A stretch of 59,473 nt of DNA, counting the filler, from Sphacelaria rigidula (Eukaryota): assembly GCA_964200075.2 (NCBI GenBank). It is 7 parts of 7 records of this genome, joined end to end, with 100 filler letters (N's around TTAATTAATTAA, not from the genome) between each part and the next. Parts side by side here need not be neighbours in the genome. Positions count along the whole stretch, not along the records: positions 34,044 to 42,453 come from CAXNAA020011236.1; positions 42,554 to 50,963 come from CAXNAA020011237.1; 5 more parts are not named here. The stretch is one strand, 5' to 3'. The notes below the pieces were generated by a model. It worked only from the letters and a program-made list of their open reading frames with translations. It did no database searches and was not told the DNA's origin. Positions 36,889-50,553 of the stretch are shown piece by piece. The translations under genes and the position numbers were made by a program. Every line of letters begins with the position of its first letter. Position 1 is the stretch's first letter.

Positions 36889-37181
36889 CTGGATATTTCG
36901 GAGAAAAACAAGAACGACGGCGATAACGAATGCAACATGCTCCGTTCACCAACGATAAAGATTTCTTCAGAGCGAGGCACGTGATCACATTGCATGAGAA
37001 CGCGGGACAGGATGGGCAGCGTACATCCCAGCACGCTTCATCTCCTAAAGAGAGATCGCATAGAAATATTTCCCCCACTCCCCCATATATATTTCTTTAC
37101 ATTTTCTTACTTCAGGTATGAGGTAATATTCCTACTGCACGCGCGGCGAGTCGACACCCGGGGCGAAAAGATGTTGCTCAC

Positions 37182-37280
37182 GTTGCGTTGCCGATCGCCC
37201 TCGATGAGGCCGTCAGCTCGCGGAGAATCGCGGCTTGCATTGTAGACTTTCTTGCCGGGAGGTGCACCGCAACTGTGGAA
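37182..37280 (-). CDS. Contig-5 gene, exon B
   Basis: CTACAG acceptor, AC|GTGAGC donor, 99 bp phase 2-2; STVAVHLPARKSTMQAAILRELTASSRAIGNA. Confidence 0.6.
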
Positions 37281-37329
37281 CTGTAGAAGGGTGGGTGCAG
37301 CTGCGAGTGGACATATGGCGCGTGCAGGC

Positions 37330-38435
37330 AAAAATAAAGGAGGGGGGGGGGGGCGTACTCATTTGTTGCTTGCCTTCGTCGTTTGACCATTGACCACGCA
37401 TCCCTTTCGAGACGGAGCATAAATATAAGGAGGGAGGGAGGGGGGGCGTACTCATTAGTTGCTTGCCTTAGTTGTTTGACCATCGACCACGCATCCCTTC
37501 GGAGACGGAGCACCGTTTCTACTCCTGATAGAGCCATCGCCAACATTCCGGCGCTCTTCACGTTTCTTCCATACATTACACACGAGCTATTTACATATCT
37601 CATCCCCGTCCTGTTTCGCCATCTCCGGCCATCATCTATCTCCTAGTATAGCCATCGTTTTCTCCCTACTGTATAGTGCATCAAACGATTCCATGCCACC
37701 TTCGTTCACGTCCCGCATTTCCCCCTCGAGCTCGTCCCGTTCCTCCTTGTTCAGTTCGCATTCTACCACTATATGACTTCTGCTCCAGTGCTTCGCCACA
37801 GAGGCAATTTTGTGCATCTACTTCCTCCTCCACACGACTACTGGTATATCTATTTTTCCTTTCTGGCAGGTCCAGGTCCCCCACCCGAAAACGCAGTTTC
37901 AGATTTTTAGCAGCGTCCATTGGGCCATGCAAATATGTTTTTATCCCTATCCCCTCTCTCAACCCCTCGTATATCTTCAGGTGTTCTTCCTCGTCTACTT
38001 TGCGTCTGAGCCCTCCTTTCCCCCTCATTTCCATGACGTCTCTTACATTGTCTTGTACCCCACGCCTTCACCTATGGACAGTATTTCGTCTTGGCTTCCT
38101 CCTATCTCCTTCCATACTTTCTCGACTTCTCCATCTGACTTTATTCCAGCCCGTCCTTTTCTAATTTTCTTCCATACAACCTCATCAGCCATAGCTGGCA
38201 ATCTCTTTCTCTGCACGTTCTTCAAGCTAGAGTAACATCGCGATTTCCCCATGTCTGTGTGGTTCAAGTGAGTACATTCCCAACTCTGCTCTCAATGCCG
38301 TATTACTCGTCGTTCTCGAGCATCCAAGTATCTCTTCAGCTGCTGCCATCTGTACTGTTTTCAACTTCTTCACCAATTCCACGTTCCGCTCCCATACTCC
38401 CCCTGCATATTCCAGCTTTGGTACAATCACCGTTT
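37330..38435 (-). mobile_element. 5'-truncated copy of the contig-4 LINE family, with duplicated 3' end
   Basis: PKLEYAGGVW, RKVDEEEHLKIY, HGPMDAAK, DLPERK; the last three match 26207-26900. Confidence 0.9.
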
Positions 38436-38710
38436 GCCTCGCATCCCTACAAAGCCGTGACGGAGAACGCCGGGTTTTCGCCGGACCAGGCTTGCAATCA
38501 ATCACCAAGCGCAAAGCATCGTGGTGTGTTCGGCGAGTCGCATGAAGGGTGAGCTATGTCCTGCTCAGATTGGTCGGCCCGGAGCGCACTGGGTATCTTG
38601 CATATGGATGACAACCTCAAATGAGTGATTTTATCTTGTGGCATAGGCACTTTCAGAGACAGCCACGGATCTCACACTGCCTGATGAGTGTCGCACCATT
38701 TAAACACTAC

Positions 38711-40461
38711 CACAGGAACCGTGGGTAAGATACCGAACCGAGCGTACCCCCAGTATTTACCGGGGTATCTCATACCGTGGTATGCGCGGGTATCGTAGGT
38801 ATGAGTTTTGAAAATACCTGACTGAGCGGGTACAGTAGGTATTGAAATCTTGAATCACCATGGTATCGTAGGTATCGTAGGTATGAGTTTTGAAAACACC
38901 TGATTGAGCAAGTACGGTAGGTAATGGGATCTCGACATACCGCGGTATCGTCGGTATCGTAGGTATGACATATGGAAATACCCGATTGGGCAGGTACGGT
39001 AGGTACTGGTATCTCGAAATACCGTGGTATCGTAGCTATCGTCGTTATGACATTTGAAAATACCCGATTTGGTCGGTATCGGTAGGGCATGAAGTGTCTC
39101 AAATACCAGTGCCGGGTACCTGCCTTACCCTCTATACCGACTTCAAAACTGTCATCCAGCAGTGCGGAGAAGCGTTCCAGGGCGCGACTTAGCACTTGTT
39201 CTTTCGGTTGAAAAAATGGGGCGGTAAAATTGATTTGAGCGAAAATCGCGCATTTTTGTCGAGTTGGGTCCAAGCGAATTTTCCAGCCTTTGATCGAAAA
39301 AAGGCAGAGAAATTCGTGAAACGGTACATGTCACTCGTGTACACCACAGACAGTCTGTATTGTCAATGCTTGCACTGCTTGCAAGCAGTATGTCTCGGGT
39401 GCGTGTGTGCGTGTTTCGTACAGGAGGATTGGATTGAAAGAGGAGCGGGCAACGTGTAGTGCAGACAGCCCTGGACTATCAATTCTCTCTGCGTACAAGT
39501 GCGACGTGAAAAGGACTTGACGTGCAGCTTTGTACTACCTGCACTGTCCATGAGCGTGTACGCAACTCGGTTGCCCGCCGCACCACGCAGTTCCGTCGCT
39601 GATTCTACAATGAAAGAAGATACGCAAGTTTTCGCCAACAAAATGAAACAAAGCATACTCAACTACTGCAGTGTATCTATCCCTGGGCTCAACTCGTACT
39701 GGATGCTGCGGGGTTGCGGTGGTAGCTGAGAATGAGTTGGATGGAGTTTGCATGGTTCTGTGAAAGGGTGTCATCCGGCATGGTGGTCTGTAAGATAGGA
39801 GTCCAGTGTCGCTTGGTGGCTTTCGACCGCATGTTTTCGATCGAAAAAGTCCATCTTTACTGTTTTGTAGCTTTTCCCCGCGCGCCACGAGTTATAAGTT
39901 CGAGTTGAAGCCTTCTAAGAACAGAAATTCGGTGGACCAATCAGATCGAGAAAAAAAATCGACCGCACTTCAGACTACATGATAATAAGTTCATTCGACG
40001 TGATGCAAACACGAAAATCGGGTGGAATCTGGGTACATATTGTGAAAACAAGAAGTCTCTTGTCCGACAACTTCTGGCCTTTGCGTAAGTTGGGACCAGC
40101 TACTGGACCGTGGGGAGTGCATCGCGTTCGGTATTTACCAGATATACCCCCGGTATTTACTGAGGGTATCCCATACCGTGGTATGCGTGGGTATCGTGGG
40201 TATGAGTTTCGAAAATACCTGATTGGGCGGTCACGTTAGGTATTGACATCTCGAAATACCGTGGTATTGTGGGTTTCGTAGGTGTGACATTCGAAGATAC
40301 CCGCTCGAGCGGGTACGGTAGGCATTGACATCTCGATATACCGTGGTATCGTGGGTATAGCAGGTATGGCATACGAAAATAACCGATTGGACCGGTATCG
40401 GTAGGGTATGAGATGTCTCAAATACCGGTACCGGGTACCTACCTTACCTACGGTGCCTGTG
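38711..40461 (-). mobile_element. Second copy of the hAT-like element (1751 bp), reverse orientation, TSD AACACTAC/AACACTAT
   Basis: Same TIRs; internal sequence colinear with 21145-22878. Confidence 0.92.
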
Positions 40462-40813
40462 AACACTATGTAGTATGATCATCTCCTTTGCGCGGGATTG
40501 CGATTTTCCCACCCCACACAATATGGTCTACCTCGACCACCACCATGATTACCGCACCAAAAACTCGCAAGCGCAGGAAGAACATACGGTAACCTGGTTG
40601 CCTAGGTTACACGGTGAATGGCATGTTTTACAGCGTCGTTGCCGACAAAAGCCAACCTCAAGGGGGGAGCAAGTCGGGGTCGGGTTAGGTAGGTTTTTAT
40701 ACATCCCATTAGAGCACAATGTCATAGTTTGTAGATAGATTCACGATGGTCGGGGAAATATCAAGTGGGTCGCCGTTACAGCTTGTTCGGTCCAAAGTAC
40801 ACTTGCCACGTAC

Positions 40814-40976
40814 CTCCATCCTGGGGCCTTCGACACCATCTCTCCATTCTTCAAGGTCAAGGTTTTGATGCCTATCAGGCAGGATTTTTCAGAAACGAAG
40901 ATCTGTCTACATGTCTGGACTTCTTTTTTTTTTGCCAGTGCAGTGATGAACGCCTTCGAATCATTGATGCGCTCAT
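40814..40976 (-). CDS. Contig-5 gene, candidate exon A
   Basis: TTTTTTTCAG acceptor, AG|GTACGT donor, phase 1-2 compatible with exon B; ERINDSKAFITALAKKKEVQTCRQIF...KAPGW. Confidence 0.5.
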
Positions 40977-42453
40977 CTGAAAAAAACTCGAGTAATAACG
41001 TTCAAGCCTCAAGCGGAACTAATGTAGAAGAAAATCTTGAAAATTCTCTACATCTCTGCACACGGTCTCACCCAACATGCACATCATTCGGACATCGTTC
41101 ATGTTGACTCACAGGGTAGTTCCACGGCTGGAATTCCTTCCAACACTTATGGACAAGAAGGACCCTGAGGGCTGAACGCACACATCTGCTTCACGATAAG
41201 ATCACGTCAAACGCGGCACCGTTGGGCCGCTATGTGCTGCTCCATACCAAGACCAAATAAAACGAGCATCTGAGCCGTAGTGCAGCCTTTCCGTTCCGCC
41301 GTGTACCGAGTTGACGTGATCTAATACTTTGAAAATTGTGCAGCTAACAACTGGACACAACGCATATTCACCCCGTGACGCTTGCGAACATATATATATA
41401 TATATATATAATATATATAATCATTTTCGAACCCACCCAACATCCCCCGAGCGAATGCACAGTGGATATTTGGAGTATGACTCATCATTCACACAGTTAT
41501 GGGTAGGAATGGGGGCTCTAACGACCAAAAATCGACACACGATTTGAAATAAAAGATAACACGGAGGAATAATGAACACGTCAGTTGGTGGCCGGACTTG
41601 TGCCGAGGCCCTCGCAAACGCAACACATGCTTCGTCACTTATTCACTTGGTTTAGTATAGGAAACCTGTAGCACTCGAGATCGCTCGGTTCTCGACACAG
41701 GAAGCAAGCCGGTCCACGGCACTTGACAGCCCTCCGCATACACAAGGTCTAGGGGATCTAGTTTGATATTTTGCTGGCGTCGCGTCAGCGACCCGGAAAT
41801 CCCCCCTCAGAGCGTAAAACACCTCATTGTAGTATATTTGGGTAATTTGCGAGCCAGCATCACGCGCAAACGCAAAAAACACACCAAGCGACGTAGCTTG
41901 GGTGTGTGGGAAGCGCACGCAAGAAATCGCAGTCCAATTCCCCGCTTCGTTGCCGAGTTGTAAGCGTTGCGCGATCAGCCCTTTTAGGTTGAAGATCAGT
42001 ACGAGCTGGGCCAGCCAAGAGTATGCGCGAACCTCGCTCAGGCGACGCACGGCGAGATATTAGGAGTTGGACGCTGAAATTTTGACAGCAGCTTTCGATG
42101 ATCGAAATGCAGAAGATCACAGGAGCAGCAAATAAAAAAATAAAAAAATAAAAAATAAGGAAGTTGTGGGATTCGAAATTTCAGAAAAAAGTAGATAATA
42201 TCATAAGTCCAGGAAAGAAAGGAGAATCTGCAACTGGACTATCAGTTCCTTGGGTGCAGAATGTCTTCCTGAAATTTCAGCTCAAGACTCGTCGGGTTGG
42301 GCCGTGCGTTCGACACTTTCCGTGACGCTGCTGCACCCCACTAATTCCCAGTGCGGGGTGATTGCTGAGGTGAACCCGCATTAAAAAAAAACGCACTCTG
42401 ACACGCTATCGCTCAATGATATCAAACCCACCCTGTACTCTATGCAGTACAAT

Positions 42454-42553
42454 NNNNNNNNNNNNNNNNNNNNNNNNNNNNNNNNNNNNNNNNNNNNTTA
42501 ATTAATTAANNNNNNNNNNNNNNNNNNNNNNNNNNNNNNNNNNNNNNNNNNNN
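42454..42553. other. Artificial contig linker
   Basis: Same 100-bp linker. Confidence 0.99.
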
Positions 42554-42620
42554 TTCTTCCATACATTACACCGGAACCTCTTACATATCTTATCCCCGTC
42601 CTGTTTCGCCGTCTCTGGTG
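42554..42620 (-). mobile_element. Small fragment of the same LINE 3' region
   Basis: TTCTTCCATACATTACAC...ATCCCCGTCCTGTTTCGCC matches ~37564-37625. Confidence 0.8.
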
Positions 42621-43178
42621 GGGGGTAGGGGTGCGCGTTGGCATCTTGGAGTGTGTGACCGTTTGTTATTTGTGACGAGCTTGAGTATACTTTACAAACA
42701 CACATAATACCACTTGGTTACCGTCCGAAAGCATAGAATCAGGGTCACCGGCTAACCCGCAAGCGTTGCGCACTCGGTTTTACCGAAAACTGGGACCGCG
42801 TAGCAGTACGGCATGAGATAAAAGAGCAGAGAAATATGGATTTTCCGTTCACTTGGCCCGCTGAAGGGCATCACTCAAAATCTCAATCAGTAAGAAACTC
42901 GGAGAGCAAAAGCAAGGGTGAGGCACGCACTACAGCTGTCGATTTATAACGTAGCGGACAACAAGTGGAGTTTAAGACGCATGCTGGTTGACGGAAAACA
43001 ATTATCAAAGTGAAGGGAATGACCGCTGACAAAGTGAAACGCATTGCTGTGGGTATCGCGGTGTGTGTATGTATGTGTGTCTGATGTTCTCTGCAGTGGG
43101 TAAACACGGATTGATCGACGAAGACGTGAAGCAGTATTTTAACCGTTAGCGCTCGGATAACATACCCCGGAAACGTAA

Positions 43179-43315
43179 CACACCCTGGACAAAAGAACAC
43201 ACTGTCAAAATGTGTACTGCGTACAGTATCGACGATTGCGCATATTTCAACAGACAATAGATTGCATAATGTACAGAGTATATTTTTGAAAATATAATCT
43301 ATTGTCCAGGGTGTG
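43179..43315. mobile_element. 137-bp MITE, CAC...GTG termini, 2-bp TSD AA; CMC/EnSpm-like
   Basis: Perfect 14-bp TIR CACACCCTGGACAA/TTGTCCAGGGTGTG flanked by AA on both sides. Confidence 0.8.
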
Positions 43316-46300
43316 AAGCGTAACTGGTTCGATCGATCAATTACCCTGAACGTCGGCGCTCGAACCACATATCCATGGACGTGAAAAGCTGGGAAACGAA
43401 GAGCAATAGCGGTGCCCACCTCTTCCAATTGGTGAGGTTATGTGAAATAGCTAAGGCTGTCACGTTCTAGTTGGTGTGTACGAGAGATGTGTGTGCTCGA
43501 TGATGCTAGCTAGCCGCCGTCTTCCGGGGGATGCGAGGGGTAATGGACGCATCTTTTACATTTGCACAAAAGCGACATCGTTTCTTGGCTGATACAGAAG
43601 TCAACATCGACAACGACATGGGAAGAACGGGAACGCGGGCGACTTCCGGTGCAAAACAGTACCGCCACACGATGTTCATGCTGATAGGTCACCCTCCAGC
43701 TTGGTCGAAGACGTGGATTTGAACCCCGACAGTCATGCGTCGTGTTACTATTCTCCGCCATGTAACGCGTCTGAAGGGGAGTTATTGGAAAAGTGTGGAT
43801 AACAGTTGACGGACGCGGGAGTGGTCATCGTCCAATGCCCGGTAATAAATTGCGAGGCGGGTACGGGCGGAGACATGGATTCATCTTTTGAGACAAAGGA
43901 CTCCTCTCTCGAAGAGAAAGGGGGGGCGGGGAGAGAGGGGGTGAGAGTGTGAAGAACAGAAAAGGAAACGTATATCAAAAGATACTCGCCAGGCACGATA
44001 TCAAGTCCTTTTTCAGAGACACGGGAGGGCCATCTCACGTTGATGCACCTTGCTCACCGAGATTGACGAGATAGGTCTCGTGGACTACACTGATACCGCA
44101 CCGCTGAAATGCACCAGAATCAACTCGTTGATATGCGTCATGATAACACTGCTACGATAAATGTGGTGCAAAAGTACCACCGAAGTATGACGATACGTTC
44201 TCCGAAAAGCGAACATCGCTGAAATTTGACAAATTTCAACCGCTAATGTTTTACAGAACCTTCCGGAAATTGATTGACCGACTGATCGGCTGATTGTCAC
44301 GCATAAACTGATCCGCTGTGACCCTTGAGTGCAACACAATGTCGCCGCTGGGCCGTGAAATGACCGGCGCCGATCGACTGCAGACATCATAATTATACTC
44401 CAACGTCTGTCGGACGGATTCTCACGTCCTTTGTCGGTTGCAGCCACTCGCATCGTCACTTCACTTTTCAACATTTATGGATTTCCTGCAGTGTCCTTGA
44501 CTTGTTATCCGGCGAGTATAAACAAACTCCTCGAGTTCGTGACGATTTACAGTTGTAATATTCATCGCTCGGGAATGATCTAGGAGATGAAGGTTTCAAA
44601 GACGCGGCGATTTCTTAGGGTAATCTGAGCTTGTTTAACGGTTGGTCACTGTGTTTTTCATGGCCTACACACATACACTACTATATATCACAAGTAGTCG
44701 CTCGCCGCGGCTGCGTCAGTATTTTTCTCAGTTTGAATACGGCACAGTGTCTTGTGCAACATCGTTTCTGTAGCCCGCGTGATTCTCGCTCCCTCATGAA
44801 CTGGGTTCTGGTGGACAGTAAAAGTTACTTCGCATGTTTTGAAAAGCTCCTCTCCGAAGAACTATTACGCAGCGACAGCATTTAGTCAGGAACTGTCGTA
44901 ACTGTGCATGCACACTCACACGCACGATTATGTTGGGAAAATGACCCGACTTTGGTGTACCAGTGCGGCTGCTGATTTCTTGACACATGATCAAAACGGC
45001 TCAAGGAAATGCAACACGATGAGAGAGACTCAGGAAACACTTTGTAATTGTTGATCAATTTAAGTTCCGCCTGCGCATATCTCATGGACCTGACGCTTTC
45101 GAAAAAATTAAAATTTAATTCATTTGTTTTCTCAGCATTTTGAATCTCTTATGTGTCGTGCGGAACAACATAGAGTTTTCGAAGTTGCCATCTTCATGAG
45201 GTACACGCTGACAGGAGTTACGCCCACAACAAACCAAAAGGCTTTTCCGAAAGTCTGTTGCCTAGTCTCCTCGTGAGCACAGGGCTAGGGTCAGGGTCAC
45301 GGCCCTACACGCCTTTGGAAGTGCGGAGAATAGAACGAGGGAGCTAGCTCATTCGGGCGAATGCTTGGTCGCCACCAGAATAGACGGATCGTGCCCGAGT
45401 AAGCTACCATCAGACCGCACTTTGAACGTTTGCGTTTTGTGACCTTACGGTAGTAACCAGCCTTGAGTGAGACCAGCCTAGCCTTGAGTTTCGCCCCCGA
45501 GAGTCGCGGCGCACGTGTTTTGTCGAGGCAATAGCAAAAACGCAACGCCCGGGCGCATCTTACGTGATTCGTGGCTAGGTTGGTTTTTCTGCGCGTAATC
45601 GAGGTAGTAGCGCGGAAACATGAACAACCTTCTTGATGACGACAAGCAGCGTAATTTCTCTCCTGAGACGACGGCGGTGCGCGTTATTCGTGTTTTCACA
45701 AGAGGAAAAAAAAATGTCATATTTTCCAATACCCTCTATACGTTTGCGTTCATCCAAGCGCACACTGCACACGGATAAACATCACTTTTCCCCGCACCAA
45801 AGTGCTGCAACGAGCAGGCTCTCTATTTCGCCCTTGGCGCGGCACGTCGGCCATGTGTCCGCACCAAGACCCACACGTAGAAAAACTTGTGCACGCCCGA
45901 AACACAGGTAGACTGGTCACACACACTACAGTACAGATAATAAAACCCGCAACACGGTGCAACAACCTACCAAGCGATGGCCAATACAGCATCGCACGAA
46001 AAAATTACCGCAGGGAAAAATGAAAGCCGAATCAAGATCCGTATTTCTCGACACAACCACACGCGTCTTCAACAGACCCCACCCCCTCTCCCATCCCCCC
46101 GCCGCCGCCCCGCCCCTCTTGCCCACTTTATCGAGTGCACGAACGCTCTCAACGAAAATATCACGGCTACATTTGAGGAAAGATACACTGCCCGTACTGG
46201 AGATTCCTCGAAAAAACAAATTGGATTATTCGGGGGAGGGGGGGGGGGGAATCGATCATTCAACACAATGTTCGAACACGTCAGGCAAGACGCGGATTCT

Positions 46301-47367
46301 ACAAGTATGATCTAAACTGCGCTGTAACCGGTTTATGCCAGCGTTTGCAGCTTCCCCCGCAACTTCGCCATTGTGGTTTACGACGGTAACCGAATGGTGC
46401 GAGTTTTTATTTCTTGGATATCGTGATCCGAACACCCCCTGGCGAAATCACGGTTCAGTTTGTCAAGTACCGTGATGACCCCCTCCCCCCCCTTGCCCTC
46501 CCCCCGATTAGTAACATATTGAACTCCGAACGAGGTTACGGCAAAGGGATGTACTACACCAGATCGCCCAGAGAAGGACGCTGTTTTTCAACGCGAAAAT
46601 CTCAAGACGAAAATTGCATTCGAGTCGCGCGGGTCAGAACTTTACACAGACACAGGGCTGTACTACTGGTGCACAAGCAGAGACACTCGGGGTCTATTTG
46701 AACACCTGCAACGGATAGTATCCCTCGCATGGAAAATATCGCTTGAGGTGACTTTGTGTCTCGATTTTCAGCGAAAAATCACCAAAAAAAAAAAGCTGCA
46801 ATCCGAGCAGTAAACACACACGCACCCACAAACACTCCCGCATAGGCCCAAGGCAAAACCTTGTAAACCGACCTTTTTGTAGAATGCACGCGACGTCTTT
46901 TCTTCACGTACAGCATATGTTGCACGCGCCTATAACACTGCAGCAGGCTGACGAGCCGCACCGCACTTTCTGTGCCCGCAAACCATAACGCTCTTTGCCA
47001 CTCTCGCACGCACACAAGCACGCACAACACGCGAACACGAAACATCCCCTCCAGAGGACAGAATCAATCTGCCTTGGAGTACCCCCCCCATGAACAGTGG
47101 GACTACTACCATGAACAGTAACATGTACGTTTCCCCACGGTTTTACGCTGCTTTTTGGATAGACACATAAACTTTTCAAACATGATCGTTCCATACAAAC
47201 ACGACAGTCTACCCCTCAAAAGGGGCATCCATTAAACACACACGCGCGCGCACGCACACATACACACACACGGTACACTGCACGACTATGACAAAACCTC
47301 CACAACCGCACACCATCAACAGCACTACCACAACAACAGCGATAACGACGATGACGACGATCATGAG

Positions 47368-47397
47368 AACAACAACAACAACAACAACAACAACAAC
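47368..47397. repeat. (AAC)10 microsatellite
   Basis: Direct reading; CA-rich low complexity from 47235. Confidence 0.95.
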
Positions 47398-48508
47398 CCT
47401 GCTTTGAGCATATCCAACACATAATTAAAAACGTTCTCGTAATCATTTTTCAGCATAATTACCCCTCGCTCCCTCCGCCTTCGTCCATTTATACACCCCC
47501 GTTCTTCTCCGACCCGCGGGGATCCCTGTGCCACCGGTGAAACATTCCTCACGAGTGTTTAACAGCACGAGAAATACGACAAAAACAGTAGGGGACTCTT
47601 GACTCAATTCGCAATACATAAAACACTACAGTAATGCACACGTAGAAAACCACACGATCGTTTTGCGTCTTTGGGAGGGGAGGGGGGGGGGGGGGGGGGG
47701 GGGGTGGCGGTGGCAATAGTTACATTAATATTAATCCTCTCTCTCTCTACGGTAACCTAGTACATCTATTTACCCACGGCGGCCAAGCATTTGTACTGTT
47801 TTATTTTCAGATTCATAAAACGAAAACATTTTTCATTTTTTTTCTCCCGCTCTAGTTTTGCGTTTACTGTTGGCTTCACAAAACCTCTGCATATTCGTTC
47901 ATGTGTAACACCCCCTGCAGCACCTCGTCTGGCACCCTGCAGTGCACATCTACCTCTGGTGCCCATCTCTCTGTCTCCTCTCTCAGAACCTTAGCTGCTA
48001 AGACCGTTAGAGTAGAGGGCGATCCTCGCACCTGGAAAGCACAACGCCGATAGGGTCGGGTCGGGTCGGGTCAAGTTAGCGTTGAGGCCTAGTAAGGATA
48101 GTTTGGGCTGGACTATGTTTCGTCAGGTCTGGTCGGGGTAAGGGATGGGGGTCGAGGTCAGGATGGGTTAGCACGGTTGGTCAGGCAGTGAGTCGTGTAC
48201 ACTATTGGCAGCGTTTTCCATATTAAGGAAATGCTGTCAGTCAACTATCCATGGACCGGTTTTCGCACAGCAATGGTCACTATCGTGACCAGAAAGTGAA
48301 TGGATCGCGCACGATTGACTCGGAGCGCGTAGCAAAGTAGGAAGCAAAGAACAAGGTTGGATGCGCGTTTTGTACCCCCGTCTCCGCAGAAAACGTAACA
48401 CCCTCGTACCACCTCTGTTGCACTACCGCGACCAACCCGGCGACTACCGCCGCTGCCACCAACAACAACGACAACAACCGCCACTACGACAACACACCGC
48501 CCGCTTGC

Positions 48509-48787
48509 CTGATACCGCCAGACGTCATTGTAGCGTATGTCGCCGTTGGCACCGCTGAAAAGATACAAAGATCCGTCGTGGAAGACTGCGGAGTGAAACG
48601 CCCTCGCAGGGGGGCTGGGCTCCCCAGCTTCGGCGGTCAAGCGTCTCCAGGAGGTGCTCTCACAGTTGTACACGTAGAAGTCGGCTAAACGGCTGAGCTC
48701 TCCGGTGAAACCTCCCCACAGGTAGATATCCCCTGCTACTGGGTCGAAACTACAGCTGTGCGCTACTCTGGCCTTGGGAAGATCGCC
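48509..48787 (-). CDS. Internal exon encoding two Kelch repeats
   Basis: P.AR.AHS...IYLWGG...DFYVY...W and PPARAFHSAV...LYLFSG...NDVWRY; ACCAG acceptor; probable CAG|GCAAGC donor; 279 bp phase 0-0. Confidence 0.9.
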
Positions 48788-49683
48788 CTGGTCGTCGTTG
48801 TTGTGGGGGGGGGATTGGAGATTGGAGTGAGGACGGGAAAAACACGAGTGAGAGTTGTGAGAGTTTTCGAGGGAATGTAAAGGTGATGGTGCGGATATGG
48901 CGTCGACCAGGAAGGATACCCTGTCGTTGGTTGGTCCGTTGATTGATTGGTTGTCACGCGTTGGCTCGTCTGTCGCAATTATGCTCATGCGGGAGACGGA
49001 AATGGGTAAATCAATAGTGAACCGAGCGGGAAGACGCGCTCCACCGTGAGAGAGGATATGGCCTGGTTACACACATAAAGGTATGGTCTGGTAGCCTGTG
49101 ACCACGGATCAGAGAGATCGGGCTAATGTGCGGAAATAATAATAATACATCGTAGCAATGATATTGATGATGATGGTGATAATATACTAATAGTGGCCAT
49201 AGTAATGCACTAATTAATAACAATGAGAATGACAATGATAATGACGGAATTAATGATGATGGCAAAAAGAAAAACAAGAGCAAGAACAAGAACCGTAATC
49301 ATAGTAGTAGTAGTAGTGCAGCCAGAAAACGCAAACGCGAAATATCAGCAAACCAAAGTCAATCACTGGTGATTTTCTCTCAACGCCGAGCGGTCAACGC
49401 GCAATTCAACGCAGTTCAACTCATGAACCCGCAAGACGCCGTTTGCTTTTGTACTGTTGTAGCGTAAAGTGAAGGATGTAGACGCACTTGATGTGCACAT
49501 GGGTGGCGTTCGACGCGGGTCGAGCGAGAATGCAAACCCGGCGAAAGAAGCTGACACGAAACTGATTTTTTATTGATCGTCGCATATGAATGGGTCCCTC
49601 CAGGGATACAGTCGTGGTCACAAGATGGACTTACCCAAGGCAAGCAGAAGCGTATACACTAGCTAAAGGAACCTCGACAAAGG

Positions 49684-50505
49684 TGACAGTAACAGTAGTG
49701 GCAATGGTAATGGCAATGGTAGTGGTAATAACAACGGTAATAGTAATAGTACTAGCAATGGTGATGGCAATAGTACTAGCAATGGTAATGGTAAAAGTAA
49801 TTGTAATAGTAATTGTAACGGCTCTAGTAATAGTAATAGTAATGGTAATGGTAGTGGTAGTGGTAGTAGTAATAGTATAGTAATGGTAGTGGTAATAGCA
49901 AAGGTAACAACAGTGATAGTACTAGCAATGGTAATAGTAATAGTAACTGTACTAGTAATTGTAACTGTACTAGTAATGGTACCAGTAATAGTAATAGTAA
50001 TGATAACGATAATGGTAATAGTGATTGTAGTGGTAGTAGCAACGGTAATAGTACTAGTGCTAGCACTAGCAATGGTAGTGGTGAATTTTATCGTTATAGT
50101 AACTGTAATAGTAATAGCACTAGTATTAGCAATGGTAATGGTGATTGTAATAGTAATAGAAATGGTAGTAGTAGTAGTAATAGTAATGGTAATAGTAGTA
50201 GTGGTAGTAGTAATAGTATAGTAATGGTAGTGGTAATAGCAAAGGTAACAACAGTGATAGTACTAGCAATCGTAATGGTAATAGTAACTGTACTAGTAAT
50301 TGTAACTGTACTAGTAATGGTACCAGTAATAGTAATAGTAATGATAACGATAATGGTAATAGTGATTGTAGTGGTAGTAGCAACGGTAATAGTACTAGTA
50401 CTAGCACTAGCAATGGTGATGGTAAATGTTATTGTTATAGTAATTGTAATAGTAATGGCACTAGTATTAGCAATGGTAATGGTGATTGTAATAGTAATAG
50501 AAATG

Positions 50506-50553
<48 letters not shown>

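Noticed and set aside
38506-38560. Extra exon of the contig-5 gene (HSSPFMRLAEHTTMLCA)
   Set aside because: Weak acceptor context, and its start phase is incompatible with exon A unless further exons exist
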